In this document: in pieces, positions 13,870 to 25,720 of the stretch
Numbering within the stretch: the first letter of the stretch is position 1
Layout: each line of letters starts with the position of its first letter
DNA from: the human T2T-CHM13v2.0 reference genome, Homo sapiens
Reading direction: 5' to 3' (one strand)
Assembly (NCBI RefSeq): GCF_009914755.1
Contig: NC_060935.1
Length of the DNA stretch: 64,000 nucleotides
Notes under the pieces: model-generated
Seen by the model: only the letters and a program-made list of their open reading frames with translations
Database searches by the model: none
Told to the model about the DNA's origin: nothing
Translations under genes and position numbers: made by a program

Positions 13870-14900
13870 GAACAGTCCGATTTTCAGTGGGATCCCACAC
13901 AGATGGGACATGGCTTAGGAGGGATCCTGGGCTGTGGGCATTCCTTGGCCCAGTGGCCAGATTTCTGGCACTTGTAGCAAGCTCTTGCAGGAGGAGATTC
14001 TGGAGGAACCCCTTGCAGCTGCGGTTCAGGTGTTTGGAAGTTCTTGTGTGCTGGAGATGTGGCTGGAGTTTGTCTCACGGTGGAGGCAAGGAATTGCAAC
14101 TCAGAAATATGTTGCTACCTGGCTGCCTTTACTCTATTATTGTACACCTTGAAGGTGAGGTTAATTAAGTCCTGTTGTGGGGTTTGAGGGCTGGAATTTA
14201 ATTTTTGGAGATATATTTAATATTGGGAACAGATTGGGTAATAAAATAAAATGTGTATTGAGAATAAGATGGCCTTTTGACCTTTTAGGGTCTAGGGCTG
14301 TAAAGTATCTCAAGGTTGCTGCTAAAGGAGCCATAAACTGGGCTGGGTTTTTTATATTTGATGAAAAAGAGTCTAAACGCTGATTTGGGAGAGGTCGGGT
14401 ATAGAAAAAGGAGCATTAACCTTGACTACGCCTTTAGCTCCAGCCACCTTTTTAAGAGGAAATTGCTGGGCAGGTGGGGGAGGGCTAGTCGAGGAAGGAA
14501 ACTGTAAGCTGGACCGCGTGTGAGGAGGGGAGATGATAAAAGGATTATAGGATGGAGGAGCAGAGGCTGAGGAAGAATTGGAACCTAGCTCAGCCTGGCG
14601 AGGAGGGGAGAGGTCAGATGGGTCTGTAGAAAAGGAAGATTAGAAAGACTCAGCGACGCTTGGGGTTGGGACCGAGGGGGCAGGTGGGAGGGAAAGAAGG
14701 AAGATTTGGGATGAGTTGCATTGGGAACAGAGACTGGGGAGGGACCGATACGTAAAAGAATGCCTGGACATCAGGCACCTCAGACTGTTTGCCTATTTTA
14801 TGACAAGAATTATCTAGATCTTGTAGGATGGAAAAATCAAAAGTGCCGTTTTCTGGCTATTTAGAGCCATTGTCAAGTTTGTATTGGGGCTAAGCGGTGT
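13870..14900 (-). pseudogene. gag: HERV-H gag remnant with nucleocapsid CCHC zinc knuckles
   Basis: ORF 13884-14099 contains CYKCQKSGHWAKEC (CX2CX4HX4C) and a second knuckle, CPICVGSH, broken by a stop codon. The upstream boundary is approximate and has several disruptions. Confidence 0.85.
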
Positions 14901-15462
14901 TGCAGAAGAAAATAAGATGCTTAGATTTTAGGTCAGGTGAGAGTTGAAGAGGTTTTAAGTTCTTAAGAACACAAGCTAAGGGAGAAGAAGGAGGAATGGA
15001 GGGTGAAGATTGCCTATAGTGAAGGAGGCAAGTTTAAAGAAAAGGGTAGAGACACGGAGAAGGGGGTGGGGAGCAGCCCTGGGGTGCAACGTGGGTGAGC
15101 AGCCAAAGCAAGCATCCCTGTAATTGACTTGGCACCAAGGAAACGTGGATGAATGATCAAGGCAGGCATCCCTGTGGAGATCAGACACCAATGGAATGTG
15201 GGTGAATAATCAGAGAGGCGTCCCCACAATGATTAAACACCAAGGGAAGGCCGCCTTCCCGAGTCCGTGACCGGCACCGGAGTTTTGGGTCCATGGATAA
15301 AATGTGTCTCCTTTTTCTCTACCAGAAAAGGAAAGGAATTGAAATTAAGAGAAGGGAGAGATTGAAGTGTGGCGCCAAGATTGAAAGGAGAAAGAGGTTG
15401 AGGGACGGAGAAAGAGGTTGAGGGATAGTGAGAGAGGTTGGAGAAGAGAGTAAAAAGAGGCC

Positions 15463-15471
15463 GCTTACCGG
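15463..15471 (-). promoter_or_regulatory. HERV-H major splice donor in the leader
   Basis: Minus strand tttcaaatccg|GTAAGCggcctc, with GT at 15468-15467, about 145 nt downstream of the 5' LTR. This matches the position of the known HERV-H leader donor. Confidence 0.7.
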
Positions 15472-15594
15472 ATTTGAAATTAGTGAGATGTTCCTTGGGC
15501 TGGTTGGTCTGAGGACCCGAGGTTGTAGGTGGATCTTTCTCATGGAGCAAAGAGCAGGAGGATGGGGGATTGATCTCCCAAGGGAGGTCCCCTG

Positions 15595-15612
15595 ATCTGA
15601 GTCGTGGCACCA
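15595..15612 (-). other. Primer-binding site complementary to the tRNA-His 3' end
   Basis: Minus strand tggtgccacgactcagat versus canonical TGGTGCCGTGACTCGGAT (15/18 identical), 2 nt after the 5' LTR. Confidence 0.9.
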
Positions 15613-15614
15613 AA

Positions 15615-16008
15615 TTTCACACGTGTTCGTGTGAAGAGACCACCAAACAGGCTTTGTGTGAGCAATAAAGCTTTTTAATCACCTGGGTGCAGGCAGGCTG
15701 AGTCCGAAAAGAGAGTCAGCAAAGGGAGATGGGGTGGGGCCGTTTTATAGGATTTAGGTAGGTAGTGGAAAATTACAGTCAAAGGGTTCTTTGACTGGCA
15801 GGGGTGGGGGTCACAAGGTGCTCATTGGGGGAGCTTTTGAGCCAGGATGAGCTAGGAGAAGGAATTTCACAAGGTAATGTCATCAGTTAAGGCAGGAACA
15901 GGCCATTTTCACTTCTTTTGTGATTCTTCAGTTACTTCGGGCCATCTGGATGTATATGTGCAGGTCACAGGGGATATGATGGCTTAGTTTGGGCTCAGAG
16001 GCCTGGCA
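15615..16008 (-). mobile_element. HERV-H 5' LTR (LTR7 variant), 394 bp; potential leftward promoter
   Basis: Minus strand begins tgccaggcctctgagcccaaactaagcc; TATA cctataaaa at 15743-15751; ATTAAA-type poly(A) signal; ends cacacgaacacgtgtgaaa. Confidence 0.95.
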
Positions 16009-16114
16009 ATGATCATAGGTGTATTAGTCAGGGTCTCAAAAGGAACTACACCACATATTCATATTATAATTTTGGGAGGGTTTGCAAAGATGAGGGCAGG
16101 AGGAGTGAGGGGTA

Positions 16115-16590
16115 CGTTGTAACGGCTGATGGTTAAATTTTCAGAAATTTTTGCAAACAAGTTGTTAAACATTACTAAAACGTAAATTTTTAAAGCAGAA
16201 TTAAATAAGTTATATTAAAAATAAAGGTAATAAATATTCAAAACATCATTTCCTAATTACTGTTTACCTTCTACTATTATATATGTTCTTGGGGGTATTT
16301 AACTTCTATTATATCGCTATGGTAGGAACATTATATAACAGTATGATACTGTGCGTCTTTTCCCAACTTCATGCTCAACAACATGCCATTGATACCTTGA
16401 AATCAGCCAAGGTAGGAGTATTTACACCACAGAAATTGTCAAATTCTGCAACTCAGGGCTCCTTCTTCCAATCTTGCCCCCGGCCCCCAAGGAGACCCAG
16501 TTATTAGGTTGGTGCAAACGTAATTGAGGTTTTTGCCATTGAAAGTAATGACAAAGTAATATTAAGTAATATTAAAACATTTACCAGCAG
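16115..16590. mobile_element. MER63B (hAT-Blackjack) DNA transposon
   Basis: gttaaattttcagaaatttttgc, tatattaaaaataaaggtaataaatattcaaaac, ggagtatttacaccacagaaatt and aaacatttaccagca match the recalled MER63B consensus. Confidence 0.75.
16504..16555. mobile_element. MADE1 (Hsmar1-derived MITE), right arm truncated
   Basis: ttaggttggtgcaaacgtaattgaggtttttgccattgaaagtaatgacaaa matches the Hsmar1 terminal inverted repeat, spacer and start of the second repeat. Confidence 0.85.
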
Positions 16591-17163
16591 GAGCAAGTTT
16601 AGGAAATCCACAGGGATCTTGCAATGCTCCAAGGCTGTTAGCACCTCCAGGTCCAAAAAGATGATAAGAGGGAGCAGTTATCAGACTCCGGAAGAAAAAG
16701 GTTATGAAGAAAAATCACTTCAACAGGCACTATGACCTCTTGGGTGAAGAAACATCACTAACCAGAAATGACCCTGGAAAAAGAGAACCAGGAGAGTAAA
16801 TCTGACCTTACTCTCCTCTCTGCTTCTAGGACTTTACTTTCCCACCTCCCCTTCCAAGGTCAAACAAAACAGATGTTAGAGGAAAGAGGAGCTCATACAG
16901 TTCAGTTCCTGGAGCAGAGAGAAGGATGGAGAAGGGCTAGAGAGTAGGGCCTGAGGGACAGATGGAAGATATCTAGACTAACAAAGTAGTGCTGTATCTG
17001 GCACATAGTAGGAGCTCAGTTAATATTTTCTATTATTATGGTTTAATTCAATAAAAATTTATTAAATATTATGCCAAATACCTTTCTCTCAAGGAGTCCA
17101 CAGTCCAGTGCAGAGGTGTATAAATAAATAAATTCCACATCAGTGTACAAGGTACTATTATTG

Positions 17164-17607
17164 TGTAGGAGGCCAAGCCGCAGACAAAACCCCTCAGACA
17201 CTGAGTTAAAGAAGGAGGGGCTTTATTCAGCTGGGAGCTTTGGCAAGACTCACGTCTCCAACAACCGAGCTCCCTGAGTGAGCAATTCCTGTCCCTTTTA
17301 AGGACTCACACCTCTAAGGGGGTCCGTGTGAGAGGGTCGTGATCGGATTGAGCAAGCAGGGGGTACGTGACCGGGGGCTGCATGCACCGGTAATTAGAAT
17401 GCAACAGAACAGGACAGGGATCTTCACAGTGCTTTTGTTCTGCAAATAACCAATTAGTTCTGGGGTCGATCTTTAACTACCAGGCCCAGGGTGTGGCGTC
17501 GGGCTGTCTGCTTGTGGATTTCATTTCTGCCTTTTAGTTTTTACTTCTTCTTTCTTTGGAGGCAGAAATTGGGCATAAGACAATATAAGGGGTGGTCTCC
17601 TCCCTTA
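17164..17607 (-). mobile_element. LTR2B-like (HERV-E) solo LTR
   Basis: Minus strand taagggaggagaccacccc...ctgcggcttggcctcctaca; AATAAA in gaataaagccc; 4-bp TSD attg/aatg (1 mismatch); several CpGs retained. Confidence 0.9.
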
Positions 17608-17769
17608 AATGAAGAAAGATATGTCTGTTTTTCCCATTAGATGACAAATACCTATAAAGTAGAAACTATTAAAATGATCAATGAATATCTGCCTGTCAAA
17701 TGAATGTATTTTTATTTCCCCTCAGTGCCCAACATTGTTTCTTGTAGAACCTTTAAAAGCTTGCCTTTA

Positions 17770-18320
17770 AGCTTCAGTAAGCAGGACCAGAGCAGCCTTT
17801 AGCCCATGGTAATTTTTCCCTACTACCAGGGCAAAAACCTTCACAGTACTTTGCTCAGTGTCCCATGAATTACAGTATTTTTCACTCAGACTCATGAGAG
17901 CTGAAACTATTTCAAGCTCTATGTGATCACCAAGGATTTTTCCCTCTATTCATTCAGTAGTTCTTATCCTGACCTCACTTAGTTTTATTAGTTTTCTTAT
18001 ACACATGTGCTGATCAGTATTCAGCTACAGACCCAAGAGGGATCCTCTCTAGCTCTCTGGACAGGTCTCTCCTCTAGCTTTCTTGTGACCTTCAAACTCT
18101 AACCACTTTGGCCTCCCTGGATTTCCCAACTCCATCTCCTCATCTCAGAAAGTCTTCTGGTTCTGGCTTGGTTCTTCCTCCCTGCTTTCTGCTTGGAAAC
18201 ACTCTCCAGTCTGGGGCAATCACAAGGCTCATGTTATTTGTGTCCTCTTTCTCAGAGGAATCACTGTTGTACGTTTTCTGAGAAAACCATGTTTCTTATA
18301 TTTTATCAAGTCCCTGCTAC
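17770..18320 (-). mobile_element. Old L1M 5' region relic
   Basis: acatgtgctgatcagtattcagct...gagggatcctct...ctggggcaatcacaaggctca resembles reverse-strand L1ME/L1M4 5' ends. Boundaries approximate. Confidence 0.5.
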
Positions 18321-18431
18321 TTCTCTATTCCTGTAGAACAACTTGTACTGTTTATCTGCTTTCAGCCTTAACCAAATGCTGATTCTTCTTTTATCATATT
18401 TGACAATGTCTCTAATTTCACACATATCAAG

Positions 18432-18664
18432 GAGCCCTTGTGAATGGGACTAGTGCCCTTAGAAGAGCGACCCCAGAGTGATCCCTTGACCCTTCTGCCA
18501 TCTGACAGCCATCCACAAGGAAACAGGTTCTCACCAGAAACCAAACCAGCTGACACCTTTATCTTGAACTACCTACCTCTAGAATTTTGAGAAATAAGTT
18601 TCTGCTGTCTACAAGCTACCTAGTCTATTCTATTCTGTTATAGCAGCCCCCAGTAGACTGAGGT
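18432..18664 (+). mobile_element. MLT1A0-like MaLR LTR, 3' part
   Basis: gagcccttgtgaatgggactagtgccctt...ctctagaattttgagaaataagtttctg...tgttatagcagcc. Confidence 0.7.
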
Positions 18665-21188
18665 CTATTTGGTTCCTAGAGAGGGCTTGCTTTCTGGCTT
18701 GTAGACAACTATCCTCTTGTGCTCACAAGAACCAACAACTGGGCATCCAACATAAAACGCCTCCAATACTAGGTTATGAGTGCCCTGGCTGTGTAAAACT
18801 GATCTTTTCCTCTAGCCCTCCCTGTATATTGAGCCTACCAGAAACACAGCTGCATTCATGAAAGGAGGAAAGAAAGGAAGGAGAAGCTTCTTTTGTATGG
18901 TTTCTGAGCTGGAGTTAGGATATTAAAAAATGTTAAATTAGATGAGATTGTACAGCTTTGAAATAGAATGGGCAGGGCTTTCTAAAACCAGGGATCAACA
19001 AGGAGAGCTTTGGGATATATCTAAACATGAGTTGTTGAAAAAATATTTTATTCTTTACACATCAGGAGTCAGCTTATTTAATAACCTGGCTACATGTGTG
19101 CCCCTCCTTATGAAGCAGGAGTGCTGAGATCTGTGGTAGAGTATGGTAACGGGAGCAAAATGTTTAGGGTCAGACCAAACTGTATTCCGCCCAAGCTAGC
19201 ACTTGATAGATGAGTGGCCTGAAAAAATACTGCATTGTTTTCTTATCTATACCATGGGAATAATAATCATCTCTACTCTATTTAATATGGATATTGTAAG
19301 AGTAAAATTTGATAAGATATGAAAGCCAGCATTTAAACTGTATGATCTAAAACTCATAATAAGATTTATACTGATATTCATGGTAACATTATTACACTGC
19401 TGAAAATGGGAAACAACCAAAATTGTGTGAAAATAGAAGCATGATTAAATAAACTGTAGCATATCTTACAACTGAATGTTCATTTCTGTACACACCACAC
19501 ACACACACAGACTTCCACCTTTTCTCTTCTGAATGCCCATTATGGTATGTATGCATTTGTCCCTTGACACCATTAATGAGTAGGATCACCAGGCAACAGA
19601 GAGTCATTCAGTTCCCAGAGAGAGGAGACTTACTGAATAAAATCAAAATATAGTTGCATTAGAGGCCTTTAAGACAGCTCAACTTACTACTGTTGTGTAA
19701 AAATGAAATATCTCATGAATCATGGAGACTTGCAACTGCCCCCAAATTCTAATTTTATACGAGCTATTTCTCTTCTAGAAATCATCAAACCATACACGGT
19801 GCTGACACTGAAAACATCTGTCTTTGATGTTTCACTTGGCCCGTTTTTTGAGTGTTTCTAAGAAGCAATCTGTCGGGTCAGTTCAGAGGGGTATAAATTC
19901 ATTTTCTCATGACATAACCAGAAATACTTTCTGCACCGCCAGTCATCACATCCCATTTCTCTGTCACCATCTGTTGCATTGCCTAGCCCAGACTGCTTTC
20001 GTACCACAACCCTGTCAGCATTGGGCATACTCGTCAGTGCTATAAATACAGATTCTGATTGTTACTGTTTGGGGGAGAAGTCTACTCATGATAGGAAAGC
20101 CACGAAAGTGAGGTCATGGATCAAGCCATTATGAAGTCAGGGGTCTTATCTCGTAGCACTTTAATAGCCAGCAAATGCATCTGTTTCTGTAATCCAGCTA
20201 GTGGAGGATTAAGCTGTAAGTGCTGGGGACCCTGACCCTAACAATGTTATCTTTCTCCCAGAGCCTCTGATACCTTTAAAGTAGCCAATCCCAAACCTCA
20301 CCTGCTTTTGAACTCTACTCATTGTCTTACTGGTAATGGGCTTCCCAGCCCCTCCTTATTTGCTAGTGTGACATTTGTAAAATGTAGTGGTTCACTTCTA
20401 GGAAAATGTGAAGAAACACTGTCCATGCTACTCAAAGTAATGTCAAAAATAACTCAAGTCTCTTACTTGCATGTAATTTTTTAAAATCCCCCTTTATTCT
20501 CTCCTATCCACTGCCCTCCCCTCTTACACCTGGTCCCTTTTATTTCCTTTAACCCTTCCCCCCAGTTCTTCTGGGCCCCCTCAGGACACACCTTGTTGAA
20601 TTCTGCTCCCTCTCCCCTCCCTTTCATATTCTTCATAAGAAAGGCCAGAAACTGGTGTGGCAAGTATACCTCTGCTCCAGGACAGGGAAGATAAGTTGGG
20701 GGCTTTCCCACTTTAATGGATGCAGCTAATCCCACCAGCACCACAGAGTGATCAGAGCTCTGCTCCAGTGTAGTCAATAGGTAACGACAGCAGCCATTTT
20801 GAATAGCAGTCCCTAGTTCAGGAGGAACTATCTAACGAGAATGTTAGCGTTCTCCTTGGAGTTGCTGGTTGAGATCTATGGTCTTAGGTTGCCCATAAAG
20901 AGAGACTCCATCTCCCCATCCTTCTCTGGCTGTGATCCAGGAGGGCAGACAAAGGGTTGTAGGAAGAATGGGAGGCAGCAGAGGCTTCTGTCAGGCCAGG
21001 ACTTTCTAGCAAAGCCTTGCAGGATGGTTCTTTCAGTGATAACTTGCTTCTAGCAGATTGTGTCCATTGTGTTAAACCTAACAAGTCTCTTTTGTTTTTT
21101 GTATTTCCCATCTGAAGACAAGTTTTAATTTTATTTCTGAAAACCATAAAGTAGTATGACGAACATATCTAATCAAAGATGATACAGC

Positions 21189-21284
21189 ATTTTTTTTTGA
21201 AATGGAGTCTTGCTCTGTCGGTCAGGCTGGAGTGCAGTGGTGCGATCTCTTCTCACTGCAACCTCTGCCTCCCAGGTTCAAGTG
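21189..21284 (-). mobile_element. Truncated Alu (3' ~95 bp)
   Basis: polyT-gaaatggagtcttgctctgtcggtcaggctggagtgcagtgg...cccaggttcaagtg, after which homology is lost. Confidence 0.85.
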
Positions 21285-22269
21285 GCCCTCCAAATGGCTG
21301 AGACAAAATTGCCTATGTGGCCATTTAAAATGGTGTCTTTGAAGAACATTGAATGACATGAGGGAAATGCTCACAAAAAAATAAACAGGTTACCAATTGC
21401 ATAAAGTGTTACAGCATAATCCTGCTTGCTTAAAGAGAAAAGACATGCACCTGGAAAAAAATGTTAGCCACTGTTTATCTCTAGAGCTGTATGATTTTTT
21501 TACTTTTATTTATTCCTTTATATATTTCCAAGGGTATTATTGTTTTAAGCAAAAGTTAAAAAAATAGGTAAAACATACCCCTGAGAATGAGCAGCTCTCC
21601 AGTGGCCCACAGGTGCTCAAGGAGATGGCCATTCAAGCTCCCCTGTGCCCTGCACTGCTCCCAGACTCCCCAGCTCACCATCATGCCCACCCTCATCTCT
21701 GACTAGCACCTATTCCCAAGGCCTTAACTCGGCCTACAGCCTGAACTTTCGGGGAGACATAGATAAGGAGGATGGTTGAGCAGCAGCTATGCAGAGAGCA
21801 AGGAAAGGGAAAGGAGAAAAGGGGGCAGCTGCACTCGTTTAGGTAGAAACTGACAGCAAGATGTTCTGGGTCACATCCGCTTCTGTAGGAGGTAGAATAA
21901 AGCATCTGTAGAAACCTCTTTAGACATAAACTCAAGGGCATTGCGGCACAAAGCTAAATTTGGCTGCTGCATTTCCATGGGAACAAACATAGTTCTAATC
22001 TTAATGCCTTGTTTTTTAATGAAGGGCAATTTGTGGGCAATATGGTCATCTTCAATAAGCCTGTAAACGTTTGCAGAAATCAAGGCTGGTAGCCAAGAGA
22101 CCTTGGTGAACACACCCAAGTGTGGAGTCTGGGTCTTTAGTCTTGCAAGCTTAGAGCCCAGTTTTGTCAGCTCACCAAATAGCTTCATCTCTCAGGTATG
22201 CACTCATCCAAATAAGCTCATAAGAGACTGATAACATGAATGCAAATTCAATCATTGAAAAATCAAAAT

Positions 22270-23030
<761 letters not shown>

Positions 23031-23224
23031 ATAGAAGAATGGCTGCTTAGAGAGCAAACTCGTCTGATCAGCTCACCCCCCAGGCCCTCATATGAGAAAT
23101 AAATCATAACCAGAATATTTGAGAAGCATGGATTTTGAGCAAGGGGGGATTTGTATGAATTTAGTGCATTGTAGTAATGATCTGTCCCTTGGTGTGGTCC
23201 TGCCCACCACACAAACAGAACCAC

Positions 23225-23459
23225 CTGGTTGGTACATAAGGTGCCCATGCATCTCTTGCTTCCTCTCTCGCCATGTGACGTGCTGGCTCCCCTTTGTCCT
23301 CCACCATGTTTGTTAGCTTCCTGAGGCCTCACCAGAAGCAGATGCTGGCACCATGCTTCTTGTATAGCCTGCAGAACCATGAGCCAAAATAAACCTCTTT
23401 TCTTTATAAATTACTCACTCTCAGGTATTCTTTCATAGCAATGCAAACAGACTAACACA
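23225..23459 (+). mobile_element. MSTA/MSTB MaLR LTR, 3' half
   Basis: cttcctgaggcctcaccagaagcagatgctggcaccatgcttc...aataaacctcttttctttataaattac...agactaacaca. Confidence 0.85.
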
Positions 23460-25224
23460 GATATAGAATGCTCTAGTGATGTGGCTACACAGGCAGTTTT
23501 CTTTCCATAGTAATGGATCTGTCTTTTCAATATAGTTGTGCTTTCAAACACAGGTCTCTGACCTAAGTAGAGGCATCAGCAGCCTCTAAGAGGCTAAGCC
23601 AAGGCCAGACAGGTGTGACATTCCGCATTAGATGTTATTTCCCATTTTGTACAACCCATCTTCTCATTTTTCTTTCCTTCTTTTAAAAACTTTAATACTT
23701 ATGGAAATCATATCTGTCAATTTAGATGCCTCTCTTACAAAGAACTTTCATATGAATTTGGTTTGTATCATCTCTGCTTAATTCATCATTCTCACACTCT
23801 CTCTGCACTCCCACCTTGCCACATCTTTATCTTCTCGAATTCATCTGTGCCTCTCTCACCAAAGGATGTTTGCAGAATTAACTGCAAACATTATATAGCA
23901 TTTCAAGGCTCTGAATGGTTTCACTTTTTTTCTTACCAATTAAGGAAATAAATTTATTAAACTATAAGAAAAAATAGTTTGAAAAAAATCCTTCCCTTTT
24001 AAATATTGATGAAAACTTCTCAAGAGTCTTACTTAACATTGCCACCACAGCCAATTGCAAGTAGAGCTGAAAAAATGTTCAACTGTGTCATTTTTCCCTC
24101 ACCCACTTCTATGCCTTCCTTTCCATCTTTTTTAGTTGTTGGTAAGTTAGAAAATTTTATGTTGCCCAAAAAATTCCCACAGCCATTTTGAAGTAGTCAG
24201 GGTGCCATTTTAGTCTAGTTGCAGAAAATTAAAACATCATATATATCTTATAGTTGAATCCTTGCCTGTGTTAAAATATTTTCTACCATCTTTTCTCAAT
24301 TCAGAACCAACTTGTATCACCATAACAACTTATATCCTATAATAAGCAGAATCATTAGAGGAATGACAGGAGAGGCTAGGTTGCTATTTGTCTTTGGGGG
24401 AGGAGAGGGATATCAGTAAAATATGTATCTCCTCATTTCATAATCTATGTCCTACTAAGTTAGGCTCAGAAATTTTAGAACCATTTTCCTACTTCAACTC
24501 CCAGTTAGTACCATGACCCTTTATTATCAAATGTTCCTCTTTCAATCACCCAACATCTCTGTGTCAAAGATCATAGAAGTGGTGAGGATTTCTTGTTTTA
24601 ATCAACACAGCCTTCCCTGCTACTCTTTACTCCACTCTGACGACAACCTGAACATTTTCTGTGTTCTACTTCATTGTATCCTAACATTCATTTGTTTTAC
24701 TTAATTACCTCTCCTCCTAGACTGCAGTATTCATGAGGGATGGAACTATGTCTTATTTATTGTTTTAGTTCTTACTCCTAGAACAGAGGAGGAGTTCAGT
24801 AAATAACTATTACATGGAACAAAAGAATTACTGGATTTAGAAGGTGTAGATTCCAAGAACGTCAGAGGTAACTCAAGTTTAAAAATACTTGTGAACTGGC
24901 CACATCATTTGTAGAACATAGGCAAAGAGTAACTGTGCAGTAACTGTATAACTGGCCCAAGCAATTCAAGGCCATAATGCAGCAACTCCAGTCATTTTTT
25001 CCTAAACTTTCTTATTAAAAAATTCATACCTAAAGAAAAGTTACCCAAAAAGTGTTATAATGAACATGGGTATACTAATCAGGTAAATAACAAAATGTTG
25101 ACAGTTGTTAGTATTTAGCCACATTTGCTTTATCTCTGTAAAGACATGTAGGTGTTTTAAAATAACTGTCGTGTTTAATTAAAAAGACAGTCTTCTTAGA
25201 AAGCACATCTATTAAAGTGTTGTT

Positions 25225-25720
25225 CCATTGCTCACGGAATGGAGATCCCTCATGGAGGCTTTCAAGGCCTTTGTGATCTGAATCGTATTAGCTTCTCGTG
25301 TATCTGTTGCTGCTCCTCCACTTCATACACTTCTCCAGTAAGGCTGGACTGCTTTAAATTCTAGGATCAGCAACCAGTTTTCTCTCTCCTCCCTTTGGGT
25401 CTTTGTGCATGCTATTCCATTTGCCTCATATACTCTAACTCCATCTCTCTTTATCTGGCTTGTTCCTTCTTCAGTTCTTAACTTAAATATCTTCTCCCTC
25501 CTCCAGGAAGTATTTCTGACACCCTCAGGCTGTTTAGGAGCACCCCACAAGCTGCTTCCCCTGTACCCTTATCAGAGCTTTTAAAACGTGGCACAATCCC
25601 CTCTCCCCCTACCTAGTCCTGACCTAGATGATAAGGACCATATGCCTTTATCTCTGCATCTTTCATACCATGCCAGGGCTTTCCACATAGTAAGTGTTCA
25701 ATGAATATTTGTTGAAATGA
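25225..25720 (+). mobile_element. L2 relic
   Basis: ggtctttgtgcatgctattccatttgcct, ctccaggaagtatttctgac, cacatagtaagtgttcaatgaatatttgttgaa. Confidence 0.6.

Larger units (their letters stand above)
12413..16008 (-). mobile_element. HERV-H provirus (LTR7-int-LTR7), 3.6 kb, pol deleted
   Basis: Two LTR7s, His-tRNA primer-binding site, gag zinc-knuckle remnant, degenerate protease, 3' env-region remnant and polypurine tract, all in minus orientation. Confidence 0.97.
16019..16980 (-). mobile_element. LTR33 (ERVL) solo LTR split by MER63B
   Basis: Left piece gtattagtcagggtctcaaaaggaac...; right piece ends gagggacagatggaagatatctagac, the reverse complement of the recalled LTR33 start. Confidence 0.6.

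Noticed and set aside
15387-15426. 20-bp tandem duplication in the HERV-H leader
   Set aside because: Real (ggagaaagaggttgaggga twice) but an ordinary slippage event in a purine-rich tract with no evident consequence.
15595-15612. tRNA-His-like sequence
   Set aside because: Only the 18-nt retroviral primer-binding site, not a tRNA gene.
15233-15613. 126-aa minus-strand ORF in the HERV-H leader
   Set aside because: Begins at a TTG overlapping the primer-binding site, lies in non-coding leader sequence and has no domain similarity I can recognise.
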